A DNA stretch of 64,000 nt. It comes from Trueperaceae bacterium. Lineage in GTDB: Bacteria > Deinococcota > Deinococci > Deinococcales > Trueperaceae. The translations under genes were made by a program, and so were the position numbers. Under the pieces are notes generated by a model. That model did no database searches. It had not been told where the DNA came from and was given only the letters and a program-made list of their open reading frames with translations. The stretch covers positions 1,568,001 to 1,632,000 of the forward strand of contig JAXHLW010000013.1 in NCBI GenBank assembly GCA_034521815.1. Reading direction: 5' to 3'. Numbering within the stretch: the stretch's first letter is position 1; each line of letters begins with the position of its first letter. Below, piece after piece: positions 56,775 to 64,000 of this stretch.

Positions 56775-57397
56775 GACGTCAGGGTAGCCCGGCGCGCACC
56801 CCGCAGCGAGCTGCCGATCCACAGGCGCGTGGCGCGGCGAAGATCGCTCGGTCGCAGCGTGCCGACCCGCGCCGCGCCGCACGCCAGCCACGTCGCCCGG
56901 AGGACCCCCGGAAGCGCTCCCGCGGCGATCGGCGGCGTCCAGACGCGGCCGTCGATCTCCGCGAAAACCGTGCTGATGGCGCCCTCGACCACCTCGCCCC
57001 GCTCGTTGCGGAACAGCACGTCGGCCAGTCCGGCCTGGGCCGCGTGGCGCGCCCCGCGGTCGTACGCCGCCCGGTCGCGGCTCTTGTGCCGTCTGGCCGG
57101 ATCGTCGGACCGAACCACCTCCTCGGCCCAGCCCACCGTCACGAGCGTTTCGGGAGGATCGGGCTCGAACGGCCACGACTCGAGGCGGACGCTGCCGTCC
57201 GAATGCACGGTCAGCCGCAGCCGCAGCATGCCCCCTGGAAGATCTGCGAGCGCCGCGTCGACCTCGGCCTCGTTCAAAGGAATCCCGAGCGCAGCCGCCG
57301 AGCGCCGCAGCCGCGCCAGGTGCAGGGGGCCACGAACCGGCCGGCCCGCCTCGGCGCGGAGCGTCTCGAACAGCGTCCTGGCCGGATCGTCGCTCAT
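56771..57397 (-). CDS. pabC: Class IV aminotransferase (4-amino-4-deoxychorismate lyase-like)
   Basis: LFETLR, HLARL, HKS, EGAIST, LPGVLR. Confidence 0.8.
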   Translation of the reverse strand: MSDDPARTLFETLRAEAGRPVRGPLHLARLRRSAAALGIPLNEAEVDAALADLPGGMLRLRLTVHSDGSVRLESWPFEPDPPETLVTVGWAEEVVRSDDPARRHKSRDRAAYDRGARHAAQAGLADVLFRNERGEVVEGAISTVFAEIDGRVWTPPIAAGALPGVLRATWLACGAARVGTLRPSDLRRATRLWIGSSLRGARRATLTS

Positions 57398-58683
57398 GCG
57401 CTCCTGGCGAACGCGCCCTTGAGCAGCGCCTCGCGGTACTCCTCGTCGGCGACCGAGTCGATCACGATGCCGCTGCCCAGGCCCAGCACGCCGCGCCCGG
57501 AGCGGATCTCGGCGGTGCGGATCGCGACGCTGAACACGAACGCACCGTCCGGCGCGGCGTAGCCGATCGCTCCGGTGTAGGTGCCGCGCGGCTCGTCCTC
57601 GATCTCGGCGATGGCCTCCATCGTGGCGCGCTTGGGGGCCCCGGTGACCGAGCCGCAGGGGAACATCGCCTCGAGCACGCTCGGCAGCGCACGGCCTCGC
57701 AGCTCCGGCCGAAGCTCGCCGCGGACCGTCGACGTCATCTGGAGCACGGTCGGGTAGCGCTCGACCTCGAACAGCGGGTCGGCGACGACCGAGCCGTAGG
57801 TGGCCACCCGTCCGAGATCGTTGCGGAGCAGGTCCACGATCATCACGTTCTCCGCCAACGCCTTCGGATCGGCACGCAGCGCGGCGGCCAAGGCGTCATC
57901 CTGGCTCGGTCCCGATCCCCTGGGCGCGGTCCCCTTCATCGGACGGGTCCAGACCGCCTGCCCGTCGCTTCGGACGAACAGCTCGGGCGACAGGCTGACG
58001 ATCTCGTGATCATCGCCCGGCCTGAGGTAGGCGGCGAACGGGACGGGATGCGCCCGCGACCAGGCACGGTACGCGGCCCACCCGCCGAGCCCGGCCCGGA
58101 ATCGCATGCGCCCGGTCAGGTTCACCTGGTAGGTCTCGCCCGCACGAATGCGGTCGTGCACCCCGTCGACCTGCCCGCGCCAGCGCCGTGGCGACGTCGC
58201 GAAGCGGAACGCGTTCGTGCCGGATCGGAGGGTCGCGTCGTCCACGCTGGCCGGACCGGGTCCCGTCGCGGCCGAAGGGTCGCTGGGTACGTCACTGGGC
58301 GCGTCAGGAGGCATCTCGGCAGGCGCGTCGTACACGCCGAACCAGGCGAGCGCGCCTACCGTTCCCACCGGGAGCGGAAGCCCCAGCAGCGGATAGCCGG
58401 CCTCGAACGCCAGCGCGCCGGCGATCCACCGTCCGGCGTCGAGGTGCGCCTGAAGCCGCGCGAACAGCTCGAGCGGGTCGCCCCCGGGCGCCAACGTCTC
58501 GGTCGCGATCGGATTCTCGAACCGTAGCGAGCGGCCGCCGTCCCGGTCCGGTCGGCCGCTCTCCAGAAGGACGGTGCCGACCGGCGGAGCGGCGCCCCGC
58601 GCCCCCGGCTCACGAGAACCCGACGCACGAGAACCGTGCTCACGAGAACCGTGCTCACGAGGCGCCGGCGTAGAACCGCTCAC
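57394..58683 (-). CDS. pabB: Aminodeoxychorismate synthase component I
   Basis: GETYQVNL, SPELF, RPMKGT, ENVMIVDLLRND, FPCGSVTGAPK. Confidence 0.88.
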   Translation of the reverse strand: MSGSTPAPREHGSREHGSRASGSREPGARGAAPPVGTVLLESGRPDRDGGRSLRFENPIATETLAPGGDPLELFARLQAHLDAGRWIAGALAFEAGYPLLGLPLPVGTVGALAWFGVYDAPAEMPPDAPSDVPSDPSAATGPGPASVDDATLRSGTNAFRFATSPRRWRGQVDGVHDRIRAGETYQVNLTGRMRFRAGLGGWAAYRAWSRAHPVPFAAYLRPGDDHEIVSLSPELFVRSDGQAVWTRPMKGTAPRGSGPSQDDALAAALRADPKALAENVMIVDLLRNDLGRVATYGSVVADPLFEVERYPTVLQMTSTVRGELRPELRGRALPSVLEAMFPCGSVTGAPKRATMEAIAEIEDEPRGTYTGAIGYAAPDGAFVFSVAIRTAEIRSGRGVLGLGSGIVIDSVADEEYREALLKGAFARSA

Positions 58684-59627
58684 CCGAAGCGGACGTACCC
58701 CAGGAACCGTGCCTCGTCCTTGGGCCCGTCGATCACCGGCGTGTCCACGACCCGCATCGCGCGCCCGCTGGCGTGCGCCATCCGGCCGTCCCCGAGGTAG
58801 AGACCGACGTGACCGCGCATGCACACCACGTCGCCCGGCTCGGGATTCTCGACCTCGCGCCCGGCGTCCCACTGCTCGTCCCCGTCGCGGGGAACCTCGA
58901 CGCCCGCCATGCGGAACAGCAGCTGCATCAGCCCCGAGCAGTCCAGACCCCAGGCGCTGCCACCGCCCCACAGGTACGGAGCGCCCAAGAAACCGCGCCA
59001 CGTCTCGAGCGGGTCGATCGGACGGACGTCGTGCCAGGTGGTCAGCGCCGGGGTCGGAACGAACGCCGTCCGTCCGTCGGGGAGCACGACCTCGGCGAAG
59101 GTGCCCTCCTCCGTCCGAACGCGCAGGCGGTCGCCCCAGGCGAGCTCCGCGAGCACCTCGCCCTGCACCCGCGGCGCGGCGTAGGCGTGGCTGCGGAGCT
59201 GGGTGACCAGGTGGGTCGCCTCTGGCCCGGGCAGCGTCAGCGCTCCCTCGTGGATCCAGCCCAGGTAGCGGTCGGAGCCCGTACGGACCTTTCGCCACGC
59301 GCCCTCGCGCGCGACGATCTCGACCGGCTCGCCCAACCGGACCGACGTCACGGCTTCCGCGCTGGGCTGCGGAGCGCCCCGCAGCAGACGCGACCGGGTG
59401 ACCGTCGCCAGCTCGGGCACCACCGCCGTCACGGCGTCCGCGTCGAGCCCTTCCGCGTGCGCCCAGGCGCGCACCGCCGCCACGTGCACGGCGTCGACCG
59501 AGCCGGCCAGGAGGCGGCCGGTGGCGCGCAGCTCCAGCTGGTCGTGCCGTGCGTCGTACCCGGGCACGATCGGCGCAGGGTCGATGCGAACGACCTGCGA
59601 AGCGCGGTCGATGGGACCGTACGTCAT
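58680..59627 (-). CDS. SH3 + NlpC/P60 (C40) peptidase, YkfC-like
   Basis: PYLWGG.S..GLDCSG, GHVGLY, HAS. Confidence 0.88.
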   Translation of the reverse strand: MTYGPIDRASQVVRIDPAPIVPGYDARHDQLELRATGRLLAGSVDAVHVAAVRAWAHAEGLDADAVTAVVPELATVTRSRLLRGAPQPSAEAVTSVRLGEPVEIVAREGAWRKVRTGSDRYLGWIHEGALTLPGPEATHLVTQLRSHAYAAPRVQGEVLAELAWGDRLRVRTEEGTFAEVVLPDGRTAFVPTPALTTWHDVRPIDPLETWRGFLGAPYLWGGGSAWGLDCSGLMQLLFRMAGVEVPRDGDEQWDAGREVENPEPGDVVCMRGHVGLYLGDGRMAHASGRAMRVVDTPVIDGPKDEARFLGYVRFG

Positions 59628-59787
59628 GACGACTCCTTCCGGCGCCAGCGCTCCCGTACCGGGTGCAGCCGTCTCGAGCGCAGCCGTCTCGAGCGCACCC
59701 GATGCCAGCGCTCCAGGTGCGAGCGACGGGGCCGAGCCGGCCCCGAGGTACGCTGGCGCGCGCGAGCATCATCCCACGGGAGGCCCC

Positions 59788-60807
59788 ATGCACGTCGACT
59801 GGACCCGCTACGAGCTGACGACCGCCCGCCCCTTCGGCATCGCACGCTGGACGCACTCGACCTACCCCAGGGTGGTGGTGCGTCTGTCCGACGATGATCA
59901 CGAGGGTGCGGGCGAGGCGACGCCCAACGCGTTCTACGGCGAGACCGCCGACACCGTCATCGCGGTGCTCCCGACGTTGCTCGACGCGCTATCAGGCGAC
60001 CCGTGGGCGTGGCGGGGCGCAGCGCAGGCGATGGAGGCGCGGCTTCCCGGCCACCACCGCAGCGCCCAGGCCGCCGTCGAGGCCGCCCTGCTGGAGCTGG
60101 CCGCGAAGCGGGTGGGCCTGCCGGTGCACCGCCTTCTGGGCCTGTCCGGCCGGGGCGGAATCAGCTCGATCACCGTGGGTCTCGGATCGCTGGACGAGGT
60201 TCGTGCCCAGGCCGCCACCCACGTCGAGAACGGCTTCACCGCGCTGAAGGTCAAGCTGGGCGGCGACGACGACGAGGGCGTCCTCGCCGCCATCCGCGAC
60301 GCGGCGCCCCAGGCCCGGCTGCGCGTGGACGCGAACGCCGCCTGGACGGCGCGCGACGCGATCCGCCGCCTCCCGATGCTGGAGGCGCACGGCGTCGAGC
60401 TCGTCGAGCAGCCGGTCGCCGGTGCCGATCTGGACGGCCTCGCGGCCGTCACGAACGCCAGCCGGATCCCGGTCGCCGCCGACGAGTCGTTCGTCTCGCT
60501 GCGAGACCTGGCGCGGCTGCGGGTCGACGTCGTGAACGTCAAGCTCGCCAAGATCGGCGGTCCGCGCCGCGCGATGCTGGCGCTGGAAGCGGCCAAGGCG
60601 ATGGGGTTCGGCACGATGCTGGGCTGCATGATCGAGTCCAGCCTGGCGACCGCCGCGGCGGCGCACCTGGCCGATCTGGCCGATTGGCTGGATCTGGACG
60701 GTCCGCTGTTGCTGGCCCACGATCCGTGGACCGGTCTGACGTGGAGCGAGGGTGGCCATGTCGGACCGGGAACCGGACCCGGCTGGGGCGTCCGAGCGGT
60801 GCGCTAG
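59788..60807 (+). CDS. Dipeptide (L-Ala-D/L-Glu) epimerase, enolase superfamily
   Basis: KVKLG, VDAN, EQP, ADES, KLAK.GG, GCMIES, DLDG. Confidence 0.9.
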   Translation: MHVDWTRYELTTARPFGIARWTHSTYPRVVVRLSDDDHEGAGEATPNAFYGETADTVIAVLPTLLDALSGDPWAWRGAAQAMEARLPGHHRSAQAAVEAALLELAAKRVGLPVHRLLGLSGRGGISSITVGLGSLDEVRAQAATHVENGFTALKVKLGGDDDEGVLAAIRDAAPQARLRVDANAAWTARDAIRRLPMLEAHGVELVEQPVAGADLDGLAAVTNASRIPVAADESFVSLRDLARLRVDVVNVKLAKIGGPRRAMLALEAAKAMGFGTMLGCMIESSLATAAAAHLADLADWLDLDGPLLLAHDPWTGLTWSEGGHVGPGTGPGWGVRAVR

Positions 60808-60850
60808 CGGGGCGGCGATCTCGGCGCGCCGCTTGGTACGCTTCAGCCGC

Positions 60851-61405
60851 ATGCCCCGCATCGGACCGACCGTACGCTGGACCGTCGCCACCGCCCTGGC
60901 CGGGGTGGTCGTCGGCCTGTCGGATGCGGCCGGCGTCCGCTTCGCGGCGACGCTGCTGCTGCCGGGGCTCGCCATGGGCCTGGCGCAACGCATCGCCGCC
61001 CCGGCGCACGTTCCGCCCATCTGGACGCTGTTCTCCGGGCTCGCCTGGATCGCGGGGGCGCTCTTGGACGCCACCACCGGGTTCGTGCCGTCCGGCGCCG
61101 GTCTGTGGCTTCTCCCCATCGGCACCATGGCGCTCTGGCAGCTGTTCCTCCTGAACGACGTGCGCCGAGCCTGGCCGTGGCTGCCGATCTCGCTGCTCGC
61201 GGCGTTCGCGCTGCAGCTCACCGCGCAGGGCGCATGCACGATCGGCTGCGAGCCGCTGACCGCGCGCTTCGGACCGGTCGCTGCGACCAGCTGGACCTAC
61301 GGCGCGGGGTTCGCCGCCTACGGAGCGATCACGGGGGCGGCGCTTCCGTGGCTGACGCGTCGCTCGCAGGACGACCCGCGGGCCGCGACGCAGGGAGCGC
61401 AGTAG
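60851..61405 (+). CDS. Hypothetical multi-TM membrane protein
   Basis: About 6 hydrophobic segments. Confidence 0.6.
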   Translation: MPRIGPTVRWTVATALAGVVVGLSDAAGVRFAATLLLPGLAMGLAQRIAAPAHVPPIWTLFSGLAWIAGALLDATTGFVPSGAGLWLLPIGTMALWQLFLLNDVRRAWPWLPISLLAAFALQLTAQGACTIGCEPLTARFGPVAATSWTYGAGFAAYGAITGAALPWLTRRSQDDPRAATQGAQ

Positions 61406-61406
61406 C

Positions 61407-61838
61407 GTGGCGGGTGCGCACGACCGAGGCGCGCACACCCCCGACGCTCGCGTCGAGGCGCGGCTGAACGCCGCGTTCGGAGCGCTGTACCCGACGTTGT
61501 TGGACGAGGCGCCCGAACGCGCCGCCTGGTCGCGCCTGCCCATGGAGCAGGTCGACGCGGCGATCGTGGCGGCGCGCGATCGCGTGGGCGAGACGGGACA
61601 CGCGCTGGGCTTTCGAACGCTGCTCAAGCAGGAGCTCGACGCCGCCTGTCGCCTGACCCCGCCGGTGATGTCGTTCGAGGCGCGAACCGTTCCGGGCGAC
61701 CGGGCCGTGCGCCGCCGCGAGGCGCGGCACGACGAGCGCGCGCGCGATCTCGAGCGCCGGGCGCAGCTTCGCCGCGACGAGCTTCACGCGCAGGCCGCGC
61801 GCCTGCTGCGTGACCGAGCGTCCCGCGACGACGACTGA
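61407..61838 (+). CDS. Hypothetical protein
   Basis: ORF tiles between neighbouring genes; no recognised motif. Confidence 0.5.
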   Translation: MAGAHDRGAHTPDARVEARLNAAFGALYPTLLDEAPERAAWSRLPMEQVDAAIVAARDRVGETGHALGFRTLLKQELDAACRLTPPVMSFEARTVPGDRAVRRREARHDERARDLERRAQLRRDELHAQAARLLRDRASRDDD

Positions 61839-61850
61839 CCCTCCGGTACC

Positions 61851-62540
61851 TCAGGGAAGCCCCAGCAGCGAGAACGCCAGCGGCGCCAGCAGGCCGCTCA
61901 CGACCGCCGTGGACGCCATCGCCAGGCCCGAGAGCGCAGTGGCCGCCTCGCTCTCCCGACCGGCCAGCGCCGCGGTGCCGATCCCGTGGCTGTTGGTGCC
62001 GACCGCGACGCCCAGCGGCTTCGACCCGAACCGCAGCGCCCGCAGCAGCGGGGGGCCGATGACCGCCCCGACGATGCCGGTGAGGATCACCAGCGGAACG
62101 GTGAGCGCGGCGTCGGCGCCGACCCGCTCGGCCAGGTCCACGCCGACGGCGGACGTGACGGACTTCAGCGCCAGCGCAGCCTGCAACGCCGGATCCGCTC
62201 CGAGCGCACGCGCGATCGCCGGCGTGACGATCAGGCTGACGGCACCTCCGCAGGTCACCCCAGCGAGGAGCGGCCAGGCGTAGCGCCTCAGCGTCGCGCG
62301 CTGCCGGTGCATCAGCCAGCCCAACGCCACGACCGCCGGACGGAGCGCCCACACCAGCGGCTCGGTCCCCTGCCGGTACGAAGGCAGCGGGATCGCTCCG
62401 CTGCCCACCACGATGATGAGCGCCACCACGGTCAGCGCCACCGGGTTGGTCCACGGTCGCCGGATTCGAGCGTCCAGGCGATCGGCCACGGCGTAGGTGG
62501 CCAGCGTCACGGCCAGGGCCAGCAGGGCGACGGGGCTCAC
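61851..62540 (-). CDS. lrgB: LrgB/CidB-family membrane protein
   Basis: PAVVALG, KSVTS, GTNSHGIGTA. Confidence 0.9.
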   Translation of the reverse strand: MSPVALLALAVTLATYAVADRLDARIRRPWTNPVALTVVALIIVVGSGAIPLPSYRQGTEPLVWALRPAVVALGWLMHRQRATLRRYAWPLLAGVTCGGAVSLIVTPAIARALGADPALQAALALKSVTSAVGVDLAERVGADAALTVPLVILTGIVGAVIGPPLLRALRFGSKPLGVAVGTNSHGIGTAALAGRESEAATALSGLAMASTAVVSGLLAPLAFSLLGLP

Positions 62541-62584
62541 GCCGGCACGCTCACGCCGACACGCTCACGGCCGGCACGCTCACG
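62535..62584. repeat. About 14-bp tandem repeat containing GTGA at the cidA/lrgB junction
   Basis: gctcacgccggcac / gctcacgccgacac / gctcacggccggcac / gctcacg. Confidence 0.8.
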
Positions 62585-63017
62585 AGCGGGACGCTTCGTG
62601 AGGCGGCTCGTGAGCCCCCTCGGGCGAGCCCCCGCCCACGACGCGCGACGTCGCCGACGCCGCCGCGGCGGAGGCCAGCAGCGTGATGACCGACCCGGCG
62701 ACGATCGCGACGACGATCGCGACGGCGTGCTGCGCGACGAGCTCGCCGTACGCCACCACGCCGACACCTACCGGCACGAACAGCAGCCCCAGCAGCCGGA
62801 CCAGCGCCTGCGCCGCCCTGCGGATCCTGGCTTCGGGCAGCCAGCCCGCCTCGAGCGCGGCGAACGCCAGCAGCATCCCCCACAGCGAGCCTGGCAGCGG
62901 CGCCCACGGCAGCAGGGCGGCCACGCCCTCGCCCACGACCCAGGCGGCGACGAGAAGCGCGCCTCCGACCAGCAGGTCGGCGAGCGTGAGAGCCATCGTT
63001 CCGAGACCGCGTCGCAT
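62580..63017 (-). CDS. CidA/LrgA holin-like protein
   Basis: PLPGSLWGMLL, LLFVPVGVGV. Confidence 0.88.
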   Translation of the reverse strand: MRRGLGTMALTLADLLVGGALLVAAWVVGEGVAALLPWAPLPGSLWGMLLAFAALEAGWLPEARIRRAAQALVRLLGLLFVPVGVGVVAYGELVAQHAVAIVVAIVAGSVITLLASAAAASATSRVVGGGSPEGAHEPPHEASRS

Positions 63018-63073
63018 GGCGCGAGCGTACCCGCCCGCTCGCCCGCTCGTGCCGGCGCTCGTATGCTGCGGGC

Positions 63074-64000
63074 ATGGCCAGCAACGCACGCATCGCCGCC
63101 GACCTCGACGAGATCGCCGACCTCCTGGAGCTCCAGGACGCGAACCCGTTCCGGGTCCGGGCGTACCGCAACGCCGCCCGCACCGTTCGCGACGCGGACG
63201 GTCCGGTCCGCACCCGCGTCGAGGCGGGCGAGGACCTGCGCGAGCTTCCCGGCATCGGCAAGGACATCGCGGCGCAGATCGTCCGCAAGGTGAGGGGCGC
63301 GGAGATGGACGCGCTCGCCGAGCTGCGAGCCGCGGTCCCGCGCGGCCTGCTGGACGTCGTCCGCGTACCCGGCGTCGGACCGAAGAAGGCGCGGGCGCTC
63401 TGGTCGGAGCTGGGCGTCGAGTCGCTGGACGCCCTGGAGGCCGCGGCGAAAGAGGGACGGATCGAGGCCCTGAAGGGATTCGGCGCCAAGACGCAGGAGC
63501 GGATCGTGCAAGGCGTCGCGTCCGTACGCCGCTTCGCCGAGCGACGCCGGCGGGCGGACGCCGAGGCCGCGCTGGTTCCGCTCCTCGCCTGGCTGCGCGA
63601 GGACGACGCCGTGCAGCGGCTGGAGGTGGCGGGCAGCTTCCGCAGGGGCCGCGACACGGTCGGCGACGTGGACCTGCTGGTCGTGACCGACGATCCGACC
63701 GCCGTCATGGCGCGTTTCCGCGACTACGAGGAGACCGAGACGGTGCTGGGCTCGGGCGAGGACAAGACCAGCCTGGTGCTCGCGGACGGCCTGCAGGTGG
63801 ACCTGCGCGCCGTCTCCGCGGCGGCGTTCGGCGCGGCGCTGCTCTACTTCACCGGCAGCAAGGCGCACAACGTCCGCCTCCGCCGCAGGGCGAACGAGCG
63901 GGACGCCACGCTGAACGAGTACGGCCTGTGGACGGCGGACGGCGGGGAGCGGATCGCCGGCGCCGATGAAGAGGAGGTGTACGAGGCGCTGGGGCTGCCG
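63074..64000 (+). CDS. polX: DNA polymerase X (PolX, usually PHP-fused), runs off the right edge (not in ORF track)
   Basis: Manual translation MASNARIAADLDEIADLLELQDANPFRVRAYRNAA, LPGIGK, AGSFRRGRDTVGDVDLL, QVDLR, YFTGSKAHN, LNEYGL. Confidence 0.93.
   Translation, partial: MASNARIAADLDEIADLLELQDANPFRVRAYRNAARTVRDADGPVRTRVEAGEDLRELPGIGKDIAAQIVRKVRGAEMDALAELRAAVPRGLLDVVRVPGVGPKKARALWSELGVESLDALEAAAKEGRIEALKGFGAKTQERIVQGVASVRRFAERRRRADAEAALVPLLAWLREDDAVQRLEVAGSFRRGRDTVGDVDLLVVTDDPTAVMARFRDYEETETVLGSGEDKTSLVLADGLQVDLRAVSAAAFGAALLYFTGSKAHNVRLRRRANERDATLNEYGLWTADGGERIAGADEEEVYEALGLP

Noticed and set aside
61851-63017. Holin-like gene as a prophage indicator
   Set aside because: CidA/LrgB is a common chromosomal module, and no phage or integrase genes are seen.
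63074-64000. Catalytically altered PolX as in some Deinococcus, or PolX as the cause of the tandem duplications
   Set aside because: The GDVD and VDLR aspartates are intact, and nothing in the sequence links PolX to the repeats beyond proximity.

Overview
High-GC (roughly 70% by eye) bacterial DNA. It most likely comes from a Deinococcota (Trueperaceae/Thermus-like) genome; this is inferred from a Gfh1-like Gre factor, a Thermus c552-like cytochrome and many apparently leaderless genes. The window is dense in low-oxygen energy metabolism genes. It holds a membrane-bound group 1 [NiFe] uptake hydrogenase operon (small and large subunits, cytochrome b, protease, hypABCDE, no hypF) with an extra BFD-like protein and an ADP-ribosylglycohydrolase. 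It also holds an SQR/DUF1641/TusE/DsrE sulfur operon, two different copper nitrite reductases (one with nirV-like and SCO genes), hemN, two hemY-type oxidases and a HemG-like flavodoxin. The strongest new signal is a 14-bp palindrome-like box (consensus RGGAC-N4-GTCCC). It sits 22-23 nt upstream of a -10 hexamer in front of five of these transcription units, which suggests an uncharacterised low-oxygen activator regulon. Other signals are pervasive 12-17 nt tandem duplications, several single-base frameshifts (possibly long-read errors) and three gene remnants (cfa, GH65, Zn-dehydrogenase). I saw no rRNA, tRNA, CRISPR array or IS element. All calls come from motif recognition by eye, with no database searches.
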